Part shown: positions 19,401 through 27,841 of the stretch, in pieces | Numbering within the stretch: the stretch's first letter is position 1 | Layout of the letters: the number at the start of each line of letters is the position of its first letter | Source: Abditibacteriaceae bacterium | GTDB taxonomy: Bacteria; Armatimonadota; Abditibacteriia; Abditibacteriales; Abditibacteriaceae | Direction of reading: 5' to 3' | Assembly (NCBI GenBank): GCA_031425655.1 | Contig: JANPJS010000124.1 | Coordinates: 1-39,470 of the forward strand | Length of the DNA: 39,470 bases | Notes under the pieces: generated by a model | The model's database searches: none | The model's input: the letters and a program-made list of their open reading frames with translations, nothing else | Told to the model about the DNA's origin: nothing | Position numbers and translations under genes: made by a program

Positions 19401-20504
19401 CAGGGCGAGGCGCGCTTCGCGGTCGTCGGGCGCGGCATCTAACAAAGCCGTCCAAGCAGTGGCTGCATCGTCCCATTCGCCGCGCGCGGTGTGCCATTGC
19501 GCGCGTTCGCGCTGCGCCTGCGTCCATTGCGGCGCGAGTTCGGTGGCGCGGCGAAATTCTGTCGTCGCCCACGCCTGCGCTTCGGGCAAATAGGCCGATA
19601 AAGCGGCCATTTGACGCGCTCGCGCGAGAGCCACACGCGCTTCTTCTCCAACGCCCGCCGGAGCCGAGGGCAGGGCCGCGCCCGCCATCGCGTTATCGTC
19701 GGCGATGGGAACGGAGTTCAAATCTTCGGGAACTTGCGTCGTTGAAGCCGCTTCTCCGGTGCCGTTATCGGTTATTACGCCCAAAGCGCTGCGAATCTCT
19801 TCGGCTGTCGCGCCGCGCTTCGCAGCAATGCGAGCCGGCGCCACACTGGGGCCGAAGACGGCTTTGGCCGGCTTGGAATCGCTTAATCTGAAGTCAGGAA
19901 TGCGGGCGCCGGCAGGCCGGGTTTGCGCGGAAGTTCGCAGCGTCACCAAATCGGACTGTGCGGCCCGCGAATCAACGCCAAAACTCACCAGAGAAATGTC
20001 CTTCCACGGCGAAGTTCCAGGAAAGGCGCCGGCCCAACGCCGGACGCGTTCAATTTCGAGTCGCGCTTCGCGGTCGGAAGGCCGCAGTTGCAAAACTGCC
20101 TGCCATGCCGGGGCCGCTGCGTTCCACAGGCGGCGCGAGCTATGCCAACGCGCTAAAGCGCGCCGTGCTTCGACCCATTGCGGAGCGACTTCTATCGCCT
20201 GACGGAGCGCCGCTTCAATCTGAAGCGGCGCGGCATCGCCGGAGCGAACATCACGCTGCAAGCGCTGCGCGCGTGCGAGCGCGGCCATTGCGGCTGCCGG
20301 CACATTGGCTTTTGCGGGCGCTTTTTTGGTGGCTTTAGCCGGGGCCGATGCTGCGCTTTTAGCCGCATTGGCCGCGCTGAGCGGCATCAGCAACGCCGAA
20401 GACGCCAAAAGTAACGGCGCCGACGAAGCCGTCAGACGGCGAGAAGTGCGAGGCGCGCGATGCGGTTTCTGGGAATGAATAACAATCACCTCTCGTGAGG
20501 ACAT
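16476..20504 (-). CDS. Giant exported TPR protein with long Ala/Pro/Lys-rich linkers
   Basis: Signal-peptide-like PLLLASSALLMPLSAANA, two N-terminal TPR modules, a low-complexity middle and a long TPR array in the C-terminal half. Start uncertain. Confidence 0.8.
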   Translation of the reverse strand: MSSREVIVIHSQKPHRAPRTSRRLTASSAPLLLASSALLMPLSAANAAKSAASAPAKATKKAPAKANVPAAAMAALARAQRLQRDVRSGDAAPLQIEAALRQAIEVAPQWVEARRALARWHSSRRLWNAAAPAWQAVLQLRPSDREARLEIERVRRWAGAFPGTSPWKDISLVSFGVDSRAAQSDLVTLRTSAQTRPAGARIPDFRLSDSKPAKAVFGPSVAPARIAAKRGATAEEIRSALGVITDNGTGEAASTTQVPEDLNSVPIADDNAMAGAALPSAPAGVGEEARVALARARQMAALSAYLPEAQAWATTEFRRATELAPQWTQAQRERAQWHTARGEWDDAATAWTALLDAAPDDREARLALTKTRELTVAHSTLGERNLVTFGHDSGNPAAQPMLAALNAPAEVAKTVTAPAKMAAAPIKVKTAALINAVVGTSHKKSKKTNADAARLAALRAKPAVKTAKVPPSLARPVSFNKSSTLIANTPLIVSQLTLAVRRASQAITIPAPMIRVSSQVAPALIPEDINTPPIPAASAPAEVTAPNPAPDETLVPVTEPIAPAPGDNAVPVLQEAPAPDNGTALVPIAPQPMAPPAEAKIVYPPIPRAKTAPVKAKAKPKAKPRAAKVSAATKVSAAALVSRKRKAAAWPWVNQAGKAMKARNFSAALANYQRAYAIDPTNTYAALGIPESLMILKRYPEAIRGYEQYLRAHPGDAKALRGLADSYAFDKQYDRAAQLDAAILAKKPRDLRAALQAAQVMSWAKNYEESARFYRMALGIAPKNASIWTEYAETLTFAKDPRAREAFNQALALDPESQRTMIGLANLLSWSGEYANSIPVYRGVLVRDPANLAAQIGLGDALTFAGQSESAIPVYQQALQMSPNSEQARLGLGRALTIAHRYSEALGILGPLVKEQPANAEALNMLGIAQIGEQPGAALTTFQELLKLQTEPRARAATLANIGDLEVKLGHSAEARAAYEEAMKLTPGDDKIALAFGRALMRQELYTDAEPLITGVVQRDPANQAALLLQATLAARMDQKERAAALTRQIEAMPLEVTDDALNLFYALRSAGATEEAGRLLGHLTQSGARRPEDALKVANAVRDSGHEEASYELYKRVLQDNPDLHEARLELVEALIRRKEFDAAHKEVNYVLTRQPGNVSARILSATLALRRDRTEASFDNAEIVYREALDKNAGNAQARLGLAEVFGTRSKFPEAVQNYRIVLESDPENLQARLGLARNLYYARQVPESIKEYQDLILRAPDDMTVKLELAQVYLDRNLLDDAQRLFLEVLKAAKYPLPEAGVVQLFRRVPGSGDALTENTRRAFRDFAANAQKSVKPTQ

Positions 20505-20651
20505 CACGATAAAACGGATAGCCCGGCCCGATTTCAAGCCATCGGACGCCTGCGGCAAATTTGGTTTGACTTTAACTTAACCGACTTGCTGCTGCTACCG
20601 CGAATCGCTGGGAAAGCGCAGCGCACACGCAGCGCACACAAGGTTTTATAA

Positions 20652-20682
20652 GAGAGCGCAACGGCGGGGCCGTTGCGCTCTC
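20652..20682 (-). terminator. 14-bp intergenic hairpin (weak terminator or mRNA-stability element)
   Basis: GAGAGCGCAACGGC-ggg-GCCGTTGCGCTCTC just after the GT2 stop, with a poor U-tract. Confidence 0.5.
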
Positions 20683-20690
20683 CGGCCACT

Positions 20691-23600
20691 TTAACCCGCA
20701 TAGCGAATCGCGTTTTCGCTCGTGAAAACATTCTGCAACACGGGTTGGTAATAGTTCCAATAATACTGCATGGAAAACGGCCCAAACCGATTACCTAAGA
20801 AATAAGCGATGCCGCCCGTCGAAGGCGCGAGTTCGGCAAAACGCGGCACCAGCGAATAATCGGCAGTATCGCCCGCGAAATACAGCGAACGCAGTGCGCC
20901 CGTCGAACTATCGCCTTCACGCGCTGCCACAAGCGCCGGCAACGTGATTTCGTAGAGATTCGGATTGGTTTTGTCCTGCACCACCGAGTTCGGCGGGAAT
21001 CCGGCGTCCAGCAAGCGTTTCGCCGCCTTCTCCTGAATGCGCAGCTTATACCAGGCCAAAGTGCGCGAGCCGGGCAAAGCCTCTACTACGTCGAACCAGT
21101 AGTGATACGGCACCTTCTGCGCGACGTTTTTCAACAAGGGATCATCGGCCACGCCTTCCTTGCCCGATTTGTGAATCGCCGCCAGATCGTTGATGCTGCC
21201 TTCGCCCAGTTCCTCTTGCGTGATGACAATCGGTTCGGAGAAAGGATTGTCTTCGAGCGACTTTGTTTCCGGGTTGTAAACCTGACTGGCGCCGTCGCGA
21301 TAGAACACAAAACCGGGGCCGCTCGGCTCGATGTTGGGACGGTCGGGATAGCGAGCGCGCAGCGAAGTCAGCACGCTTTTCCACATCTGGTAATCGTATT
21401 CGCGCTCTTCTTCAAAGTGATCCACGAAGCGACCATACCAGCCGCGATATTTGACGTGTAGCATTTTGGCGACCTGCTCCTGCGCCTGCGCGCCGGGCTG
21501 TTTAGCCTTATAGTCACGCGCCAATACACCAAGTTCAGCGAGCTTTTGCTTGTGGCGCTCAATGCGCGCTTTGGTGCCGTCGGCGCCGTTAATCTGCTCC
21601 AGCATCATTTGTTCGCCGGCTTTGTTGCGGTATCTGCGCGCTAAAGCCAAGTCGCGTTCGCGCTGCGGCAACTCTTTTTCCTGCAAATACTTCAAGCCCG
21701 CCTGCGTTTCCTTCAATCCACGCTGCACAAGAGCGACTTCGTTATTGTCGGTGAACTGCGTCGCATTGCTGACTGAGTTCCACTCGCCGATGAGCAAACC
21801 GTTGTTTTCGTAGAATTTCTTGATGACCGGCACGTCTGTTTGCAAAATGCCGCGATTTGGATTGCGATAGCGCACATATTTGCCGCGCTTGTAATCGTAT
21901 TCGACGAACTCGCCCGTCGTATCGGCTAAATAGAGCACGCCGGGAGTGGCCAAATCAGTAGGCAAAGGGCGGTCCGTGCCCTCGTAAATCAATTCATTCT
22001 GATTGTCGGTGCCGGCTTCCACGGCGGTTTTGTCGGAACCGGCGTCTTCCTGAATTTCTTTTGCGACCGGCTGCTGACCTTCGCCAATTTCCGGCACGAA
22101 ACCGAAGTAATCGCGCGCAAAATTGTAAGGCGACTGCGAACCGCTGCCATCAGGATAAATCTTGCCGTTCTGACGCACTTTCAGGAAGTTCAGAGTCCAC
22201 GTCAGAGCGCGATGTTCTTGATAATCGCGGCCCACGGTGCGATCCACCATGTAGACATTGACCGGCGTAACCGGACTCGTCGCCCAATGCGCCATCGTCA
22301 AGCCCGCCGCGAGCATACCGACAAGCGTCAGCAACGCCAAACCAAGCGCCAAATGTCCGGCTCCCGACGTGCGCCGCGCCGTTGCAGGCGGCGGAGTCAC
22401 GCCGCCCACGCGCGTGACCGGCACATTACCCACAGCGGTCGGCGTGGATGTCGTAGCGGGTGCGTCGAAGTAGCGCTCCTGCTGCCGTGCCGAGACGCTG
22501 CGGTTCAAACGAAAAATGCCGGACAGCAAAAAGACGTGATACAGCGCCCACAGCGAGTTAATGAGAATTGCCGAAGTGTTTTTATCGTAGCCGCTGACGT
22601 AGCGATAAATGCCGTAAACAAACGCGATAGCTGAGATAATCAGCATCAGCAGTTGCGGCCACAGCGCCAGCCAGTTCATGCGCCCGCTTTGGCCTTTGGG
22701 CGTCACGCCGAAGGGCCGCGTCACGCCGAAAAAGCCGGAAATCGCACCGACGATGTGAATCGGGAAGCACAAGAAGTTGGCTTGTTGGCCGAGCAGCATA
22801 TCGGTCAGGCGATAGCCGCGCTGTTCCATGCCCATGTAAAACATATTCATCGAAAAGATGAGATAAGGAACGAACAGCATTAAATACGTGAACACGTCCT
22901 GCCGCAGCGGCTTGACGCCGAAGAAAATGTAAAGCAGCGGCAAGATCATGAAGATCAGGTTGACCAGGCCAACCCAGTAATAAGTGGTGGACAGCGAATA
23001 TTCCCACCACTGCCCCAAACGCAAACGCTGCGGCCCGCCGAAGAACGCCTTGAGCAAATTCCAGCCGTTCTTGACGCTGCCGAACGCCCAGCGCTTTTGC
23101 TGTGTGAAATAAGCATCCAGCGTTTCCGGCCCCAGACCGTAAACATAGACCTGATTATAGTAGGCCGAATCCCAGCCTTTAACGTGCAAATTGATCGAAG
23201 TCGCAAGGTCTTCGGTGACCGTCGAATCGTCCATGCCGCCGACATCAAGCAGCGCGGCGCGGCGCGCGATGAAGTTGGTGCCGCAGCAAAACGCGGCGCG
23301 CGAGTAGCTTTTGCCTTCGCAAATGTATTCGTAAAACACGTTCTGCTGGCGCGCCGCCGCCAAAGCCACGCCCGAATGCTCGACGTTGGCGTAATGCTGC
23401 GGCGTCTGCACGAAGGCAAGGCGCGGATTTTCTTCGATAATCGGCACAAGATCGCGCAAAAAGTTGTGGGCCGGAACCGCGTCGGCGTCGAAAACGGCGA
23501 TTAAACCGGCGTCGGTTTCTTGCAAAAACTCGTTGATGGCGCCCGCTTTGTAGCCTTTGCGACTGGTGCGCTGACGGCAGCTTACGCCGTAGCGCGCCGC

Positions 23601-24188
23601 AATCTCGCGCATCGCCTGGCGCGATTCTTCGCGTGTGGAGTCGTCAAGGATAATAATTTCCTTGTTGGCATACTCCATATTCACAAGGGCGGCGACGGTT
23701 TCTTCGACGACTTCCGCCGGCTCGTTGAAAGTAGCAAGAACACAGGCCACTTTCGGCCCGACTTGCGGCGTGAAAGCGCGTCGCCGCACTTCGTTGTAGC
23801 CCCACGACGCTTTGACCATCGAGTTCGCATAGCCCATGCTATGAATCATGATGTAAAGCGTGCCCAGCATCAGAAAAACCGATGCGATGCGATCTACGAG
23901 GGAATAGCCCGGCGCCAAAAACGCCTGCGCCACGAAGAGCATATAGAACAGCATGAACGACGCCGCCAGCCACGTAAAAGCCAGCAAACGCTTGCGCGTG
24001 GGCGTCATTGGCGGACGCGAAGTGCCGGGAACCGCAGCGCCGCTTTCGGCGAATAAAGTCCGCTCGCCTTGTCGCTCGCGCACGCGGCCCGCGACGGGAA
24101 TCGCAGCCACGCCGCCCGGCGCTGTGCCTTCGGGAATTGCGCCGCCTTCAGTCTCAGGCCGGCGCGCCTCTGGATTTTCAGTCGCCAT
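20691..24188 (-). CDS. Cellulose-synthase-like processive GT2 fused to a ~530-aa C-terminal extracytoplasmic domain
   Basis: TFNE, DDS, KAGAIN, FDAD, QTPQ, FCCGT, TED and QQKRW (D,D,D,QxxRW) motifs, with TM helices on both sides. No PilZ motifs seen. Confidence 0.9.
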   Translation of the reverse strand: MATENPEARRPETEGGAIPEGTAPGGVAAIPVAGRVRERQGERTLFAESGAAVPGTSRPPMTPTRKRLLAFTWLAASFMLFYMLFVAQAFLAPGYSLVDRIASVFLMLGTLYIMIHSMGYANSMVKASWGYNEVRRRAFTPQVGPKVACVLATFNEPAEVVEETVAALVNMEYANKEIIILDDSTREESRQAMREIAARYGVSCRQRTSRKGYKAGAINEFLQETDAGLIAVFDADAVPAHNFLRDLVPIIEENPRLAFVQTPQHYANVEHSGVALAAARQQNVFYEYICEGKSYSRAAFCCGTNFIARRAALLDVGGMDDSTVTEDLATSINLHVKGWDSAYYNQVYVYGLGPETLDAYFTQQKRWAFGSVKNGWNLLKAFFGGPQRLRLGQWWEYSLSTTYYWVGLVNLIFMILPLLYIFFGVKPLRQDVFTYLMLFVPYLIFSMNMFYMGMEQRGYRLTDMLLGQQANFLCFPIHIVGAISGFFGVTRPFGVTPKGQSGRMNWLALWPQLLMLIISAIAFVYGIYRYVSGYDKNTSAILINSLWALYHVFLLSGIFRLNRSVSARQQERYFDAPATTSTPTAVGNVPVTRVGGVTPPPATARRTSGAGHLALGLALLTLVGMLAAGLTMAHWATSPVTPVNVYMVDRTVGRDYQEHRALTWTLNFLKVRQNGKIYPDGSGSQSPYNFARDYFGFVPEIGEGQQPVAKEIQEDAGSDKTAVEAGTDNQNELIYEGTDRPLPTDLATPGVLYLADTTGEFVEYDYKRGKYVRYRNPNRGILQTDVPVIKKFYENNGLLIGEWNSVSNATQFTDNNEVALVQRGLKETQAGLKYLQEKELPQRERDLALARRYRNKAGEQMMLEQINGADGTKARIERHKQKLAELGVLARDYKAKQPGAQAQEQVAKMLHVKYRGWYGRFVDHFEEEREYDYQMWKSVLTSLRARYPDRPNIEPSGPGFVFYRDGASQVYNPETKSLEDNPFSEPIVITQEELGEGSINDLAAIHKSGKEGVADDPLLKNVAQKVPYHYWFDVVEALPGSRTLAWYKLRIQEKAAKRLLDAGFPPNSVVQDKTNPNLYEITLPALVAAREGDSSTGALRSLYFAGDTADYSLVPRFAELAPSTGGIAYFLGNRFGPFSMQYYWNYYQPVLQNVFTSENAIRYAG

Positions 24189-24842
24189 CAGAACCCCTTA
24201 AAAGTCTAAAAATTATGCTTTGAACCGCTTACGGTTACTCCAGCTTTACTCATTCTCAATATCGTTTAACTACGCAAAAGCAGCCCTGCAACGCAGAGCG
24301 CAATCTTATATATATAAACACATTTACCCACCGAATGACGGCGAAATAAAGGCAAACGTCGTTTGGGAAACTTTCAAAATCAATATCTGAAAATTGAATC
24401 GCCGCGTCTTGCAACATTCTTGCAAGTCTGAGGCGCCGCATGGAAATAGCCGAGTCGCAGGCTTACTGCAAATGACACGCCCTATCTTACAAAACAAAAG
24501 ACAAGATATGGATACAGAACTCGTGATGAACGTTATTCCACAATGTAGCCCGCCGACGCGTGCGCCGCAATGTTCCGAGATTTCCTCATCGCTCGGCGAC
24601 TATTGTTGTGTTCTTTTTTCAATAAAAACACTATCGGTAAAAAAGCAAAAATGATAATCTAAAGCCACCGAAATCTATATTGTGCCTCGCTTGTAGCGCA
24701 CAGAAGATTTCCGCACGTTCATCGCTTGTTTTGCCTATCGCACGCCGGGGCATCCTTAATGTATTCAAGCCGCGAAAAGCCTCCTAACGCACGGAAAAAT
24801 CGGTGGAGCACAACCTCTCCTCACAATCGCCCCGTCATTGAT

Positions 24843-26174
24843 ATGCCCTATTTGCATTCTGAGGATGATCCCACCCTGTCGGAAAAAGCCACGCCTGTAG
24901 CTAATAACCGCAGAGTATCTAAGGCGCTGCGCGGAGCGCCTCGGCAATGGCATTTGTCGGTCGTGCCCAACGATTTGGATCGGCTGCGCGACCATCCCGA
25001 TTTCGATGTTCACGGCGACCGCGCAGCCGATGATCTGAGCGGCACCGTTTTGCCCGCGCAGGCTCTCACTGAAAACGACCGCGAAGCACTTTATCGCTTA
25101 GAATTGCTCCGCATCTTTCGCCAGCGACTGCGCTTTGCCGCCGCTTTAGCGATGTTCATGATTCCATTTCTGGCTTATGTGAACGCCCGGCTTTTGCCGG
25201 CCACACAGCAAGAAGTAATTCTCACGTATTTTGTGCTATTCGGCGTTGCTCTGGTGACGCGTATGTTTTTCTGGCGATTGTCCACGCTCTGGCACGCGCG
25301 CTTCTTGTCACTTTTGGGCTACACGCTTTACGCAGTCGGATGCGGCGTCATCGTGGCGCTGATGGATCAAAACCATTTTGAAAACCAATTTCTCATTTAT
25401 TACTCCCATAACTATTTGATGATGTCGGCGCTGCTCTTGCCGTTCAGCGTGTGGGAAACCCTTGTCGTCGGGCTGATCGTGATGGTTTCGCTGGGCTGGT
25501 CGGCGTGGTGGGCGCCGCAGCGGGGGATTCAATACTTTTATGAGTCGCACTTGTTCATTCTTACGATGACGATGGGCTTTGTGCTGTGCGTGGCGAATTT
25601 CCAATCGCTGCTGCGCCGCCGCGCTTTCGACGCAGCCTTCGATTTGGCGCACAGCGCGGCCAAATTGGGCGAACTTTCCACCACCGACGTAGTGACGGGC
25701 GGCTTCAACCGCTTGCAAGTCGAAAAAAACCTCGCCGTAGAAATGGCGCGAGCCGCACGTTTCGAGCGGCCTCTTTCGCTTTTGATGTTCGACTTGGATA
25801 ATTTCAAAATCGTCAACGACACGCACGGTCACGCGGCGGGCGACGAAATTTTGCGCGAAGTCTGGCATTGCGCGATGGATACGGTGCGCGAAATTGACAC
25901 CGTGGCGCGTTACGGCGGCGACGAATTTCTGATCGTGCTGCCCGAAGCCGGCGCGCCCGACGCTCAGGCCATCGGCGAGCGATTGCAAAGCGAAGTCACC
26001 GCGCGTTTAGGTGCGCGTTTTGGCGCCAACAGTCCCGAAGCCGGCGTGACGCTGTCCATCGGCATCACATCGTTTCACGACCGCGAACCGTTGCCCATCG
26101 AGCAGCTTATCGCTCGCGCCGACGACCGCCTTTACGAAGCCAAACGCGCCGGCAAAAACCGCATCGCGCTTTAA
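24843..26174 (+). CDS. Membrane-bound diguanylate cyclase
   Basis: About 5-6 TM helices, DLDNFKIVNDTHGHAAGD, I-site REID and RYGGDEF. Start uncertain (24726-24843). Confidence 0.93.
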   Translation: MPYLHSEDDPTLSEKATPVANNRRVSKALRGAPRQWHLSVVPNDLDRLRDHPDFDVHGDRAADDLSGTVLPAQALTENDREALYRLELLRIFRQRLRFAAALAMFMIPFLAYVNARLLPATQQEVILTYFVLFGVALVTRMFFWRLSTLWHARFLSLLGYTLYAVGCGVIVALMDQNHFENQFLIYYSHNYLMMSALLLPFSVWETLVVGLIVMVSLGWSAWWAPQRGIQYFYESHLFILTMTMGFVLCVANFQSLLRRRAFDAAFDLAHSAAKLGELSTTDVVTGGFNRLQVEKNLAVEMARAARFERPLSLLMFDLDNFKIVNDTHGHAAGDEILREVWHCAMDTVREIDTVARYGGDEFLIVLPEAGAPDAQAIGERLQSEVTARLGARFGANSPEAGVTLSIGITSFHDREPLPIEQLIARADDRLYEAKRAGKNRIAL

Positions 26175-26656
26175 ATCTCCAATTCGCGCACCATATTGAA
26201 CGACCTGCCGCCGGTGCGATTGCGCTTTTCGCTGCTCGACACCGTGATAAAACCGGCCCGTTCGTAAAGTCGCACCGCCGGACTATCACCGCGCACATTG
26301 AGCGAAATCGCCGGATGCACGCCGCGCGCCGATTCGATGATCGCATTTATTAAAGCGGTGCCGATGCCCTGCCCTTGCCACGCCGGCAAAACCGCGATAG
26401 CCAATTCCGGCACTTCGTCGCGCACCCAGCCGAAGCCTTTGTCTGCGCCTGCCCACAAACGCAGCCACGCCGCGCCGACAGCTTGCCCGTTTTGCTCCGC
26501 CACGAAGCCCGCATCGCCGGCGCGGCCCCAATTCGCGGCGTAGCGCGCTAATTCCGGATTAGCGCGCACCGTTTCAAGCACTTTTTCGTGCGCGGCCAAC
26601 ATTAGAAATTGCCAGATCAAAGGCTCGTCGCCGGAAAGAAGAGGTCGTATTATCAT
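26171..26656 (-). CDS. GNAT-family N-acetyltransferase
   Basis: Acetyl-CoA motif ELAIAVLPAWQGQGIG and SLNV..DSPAVRLYERAGF. Confidence 0.92.
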   Translation of the reverse strand: MIIRPLLSGDEPLIWQFLMLAAHEKVLETVRANPELARYAANWGRAGDAGFVAEQNGQAVGAAWLRLWAGADKGFGWVRDEVPELAIAVLPAWQGQGIGTALINAIIESARGVHPAISLNVRGDSPAVRLYERAGFITVSSSEKRNRTGGRSFNMVRELEI

Positions 26657-26814
26657 CGCTCACTTTGGAATGGAACACGGCGGCTTCGCCGACACGGAAA
26701 CAGCCACGGATTTCCGCAGATCAATCCAGAAAACCGTGTAAATCCGTGGCTGTTTCTGTGAAATCCTTGCTGTGCTGCTTGCACGCAGCGTTACAGAAAG
26801 GGAAAATTTCAACC

Positions 26815-27219
26815 ATGATGGAAATAAATACAAGCCAAGAATCCAACGTCTCATATAAATTGGACTGGCAAGATTTAAATCAGAGGCATCGAGCTTACTC
26901 AATATGGCTGAAGACTAATATTCTATGTATCACTGTGATACTTTTCTTATGTCGGCTTGAATCTCCAAACTACCTACTCTATTCTTTTCTCGTCTGCGTG
27001 GTCTCAATTGGAGTTGGGCAACTCGTTTGGAGCCGATTGATGGCTTTTTGTTGTCCACGTTGCGGTAGGCTTCTTTTTCGGACTTCAATCATTTACAAAG
27101 CTCCTCAAGGTGGTCTGATAAAGATTCTAAAAACGGCATGGAGTAAACCGAATCATCCAGCGTTTAAGCGTTCATGGCGTAACTGTGATCACTGCCACCT
27201 TCCTATAAAATACAATTGA
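26815..27219 (+). CDS. Low-GC cargo protein: two TM helices plus CPRC...CDHC putative zinc ribbon
   Basis: ATG 26815 after GAAAGGGA; AT-rich; opposite strand to its neighbours. Confidence 0.7.
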   Translation: MMEINTSQESNVSYKLDWQDLNQRHRAYSIWLKTNILCITVILFLCRLESPNYLLYSFLVCVVSIGVGQLVWSRLMAFCCPRCGRLLFRTSIIYKAPQGGLIKILKTAWSKPNHPAFKRSWRNCDHCHLPIKYN

Positions 27220-27236
27220 TGATTGATAGTCCTCAA

Positions 27237-27284
27237 CAAGCAGCCCAACAAAGCGCTGCACCTCAACGCCTACCGCTCCGAACG
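27237..27284 (+). other. Truncated integron attC-like site
   Basis: GCCCAAC (RYYYAAC) follows the cargo stop, then AAAGCGCTGCACC. CAAGCAGCCCAAC is complementary (11/13) to GCTGTGCTGCTTG (26769-26781) at the cargo start. Confidence 0.55.
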
Positions 27285-27369
27285 ACACGGATTTCCGCAG
27301 ATCAATCCAAAAAACCGTGTAAATCCGTGGCTGTTTCCGTGAAATCCGTGTTCCATTACAAAGAATCTG

Positions 27370-27837
27370 TCAGGAAAGCCCCGCAAAAAAGCGCCGCGCT
27401 AAGACGACGGCGGCGAAATCGTCAACGGGTTCGGGCGGCATTTGTAGCGACAGCGGCAAGACGCGGCGCCAACCGCGCGGCGGATGCGCCTGCCAGTAAA
27501 GCGTGCGCGCTTCGAGCGTCGAGCCGCTTTCGTCCACCACGAAAATCTGCGCCTGCGGCAGCCACTGGGCGATGCGCTCCTGCCATTGGCGCGATGAAGT
27601 CGAATCGCCAAGCACGATAAGCGAAATCGCGTGTTCGCGCGCCCAAAGTGCCAGCACGCTTTGCACTTCGCTCACAGGCGCAACGCAGCGCCGCAAAGCC
27701 ACGCCATCGCGCCCGACAAGCGCCAGACCGCATTTTTCGCGGCCCGGATCGAAAGCGAGAACAACTTCGGGAGGCGGGAAGCAGGAGGCGGGAGGCAGGG
27801 CAGTTTCGGAGCGAGGAGCGCGGTTCGGCTTGCTCAT
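27370..27837 (-). CDS. YqgF/RuvX-like RNase H-fold nuclease
   Basis: VLAFDPGREKCGLA, IVLGD, VDESGSTLEAR and VDDFAAVVLA motifs. The N-terminus contains heptamer-derived LPPASCFPPP. Confidence 0.85.
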   Translation of the reverse strand: MSKPNRAPRSETALPPASCFPPPEVVLAFDPGREKCGLALVGRDGVALRRCVAPVSEVQSVLALWAREHAISLIVLGDSTSSRQWQERIAQWLPQAQIFVVDESGSTLEARTLYWQAHPPRGWRRVLPLSLQMPPEPVDDFAAVVLARRFFAGLS

Positions 27838-27841
27838 CGAG

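Larger units (their letters stand above)
26669..27357. mobile_element. Composite palindromic element (CACGGA-core family) carrying a cargo gene between 62-bp direct repeats
   Basis: Outer inverted repeat AATGGAACACGG (26669-26680) / CCGTGTTCCATT (27346-27357). Direct repeats 26705-26766 and 27286-27347 match at 60/62. Mobility is inferred, not shown. Confidence 0.75.

Noticed and set aside
20691..24188. Assigning the symbols bcsA/bcsC and cellulose as the product
   Set aside because: No PilZ, BcsB or BcsZ is visible, and linkage specificity cannot be read from these motifs.
24255..24390. c-di-GMP-I riboswitch between the GT2 and the cyclase (GGCAAAC...GAAA seen)
   Set aside because: The required downstream GACGCAAAGC and P2 stem are missing on both strands. 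An Rfam cmscan would settle it.
26705..27347. CRISPR repeat-spacer-repeat or IS with target duplication
   Set aside because: The repeats are 62 bp and about 520 bp apart, and the enclosed ORF has no transposase motifs.
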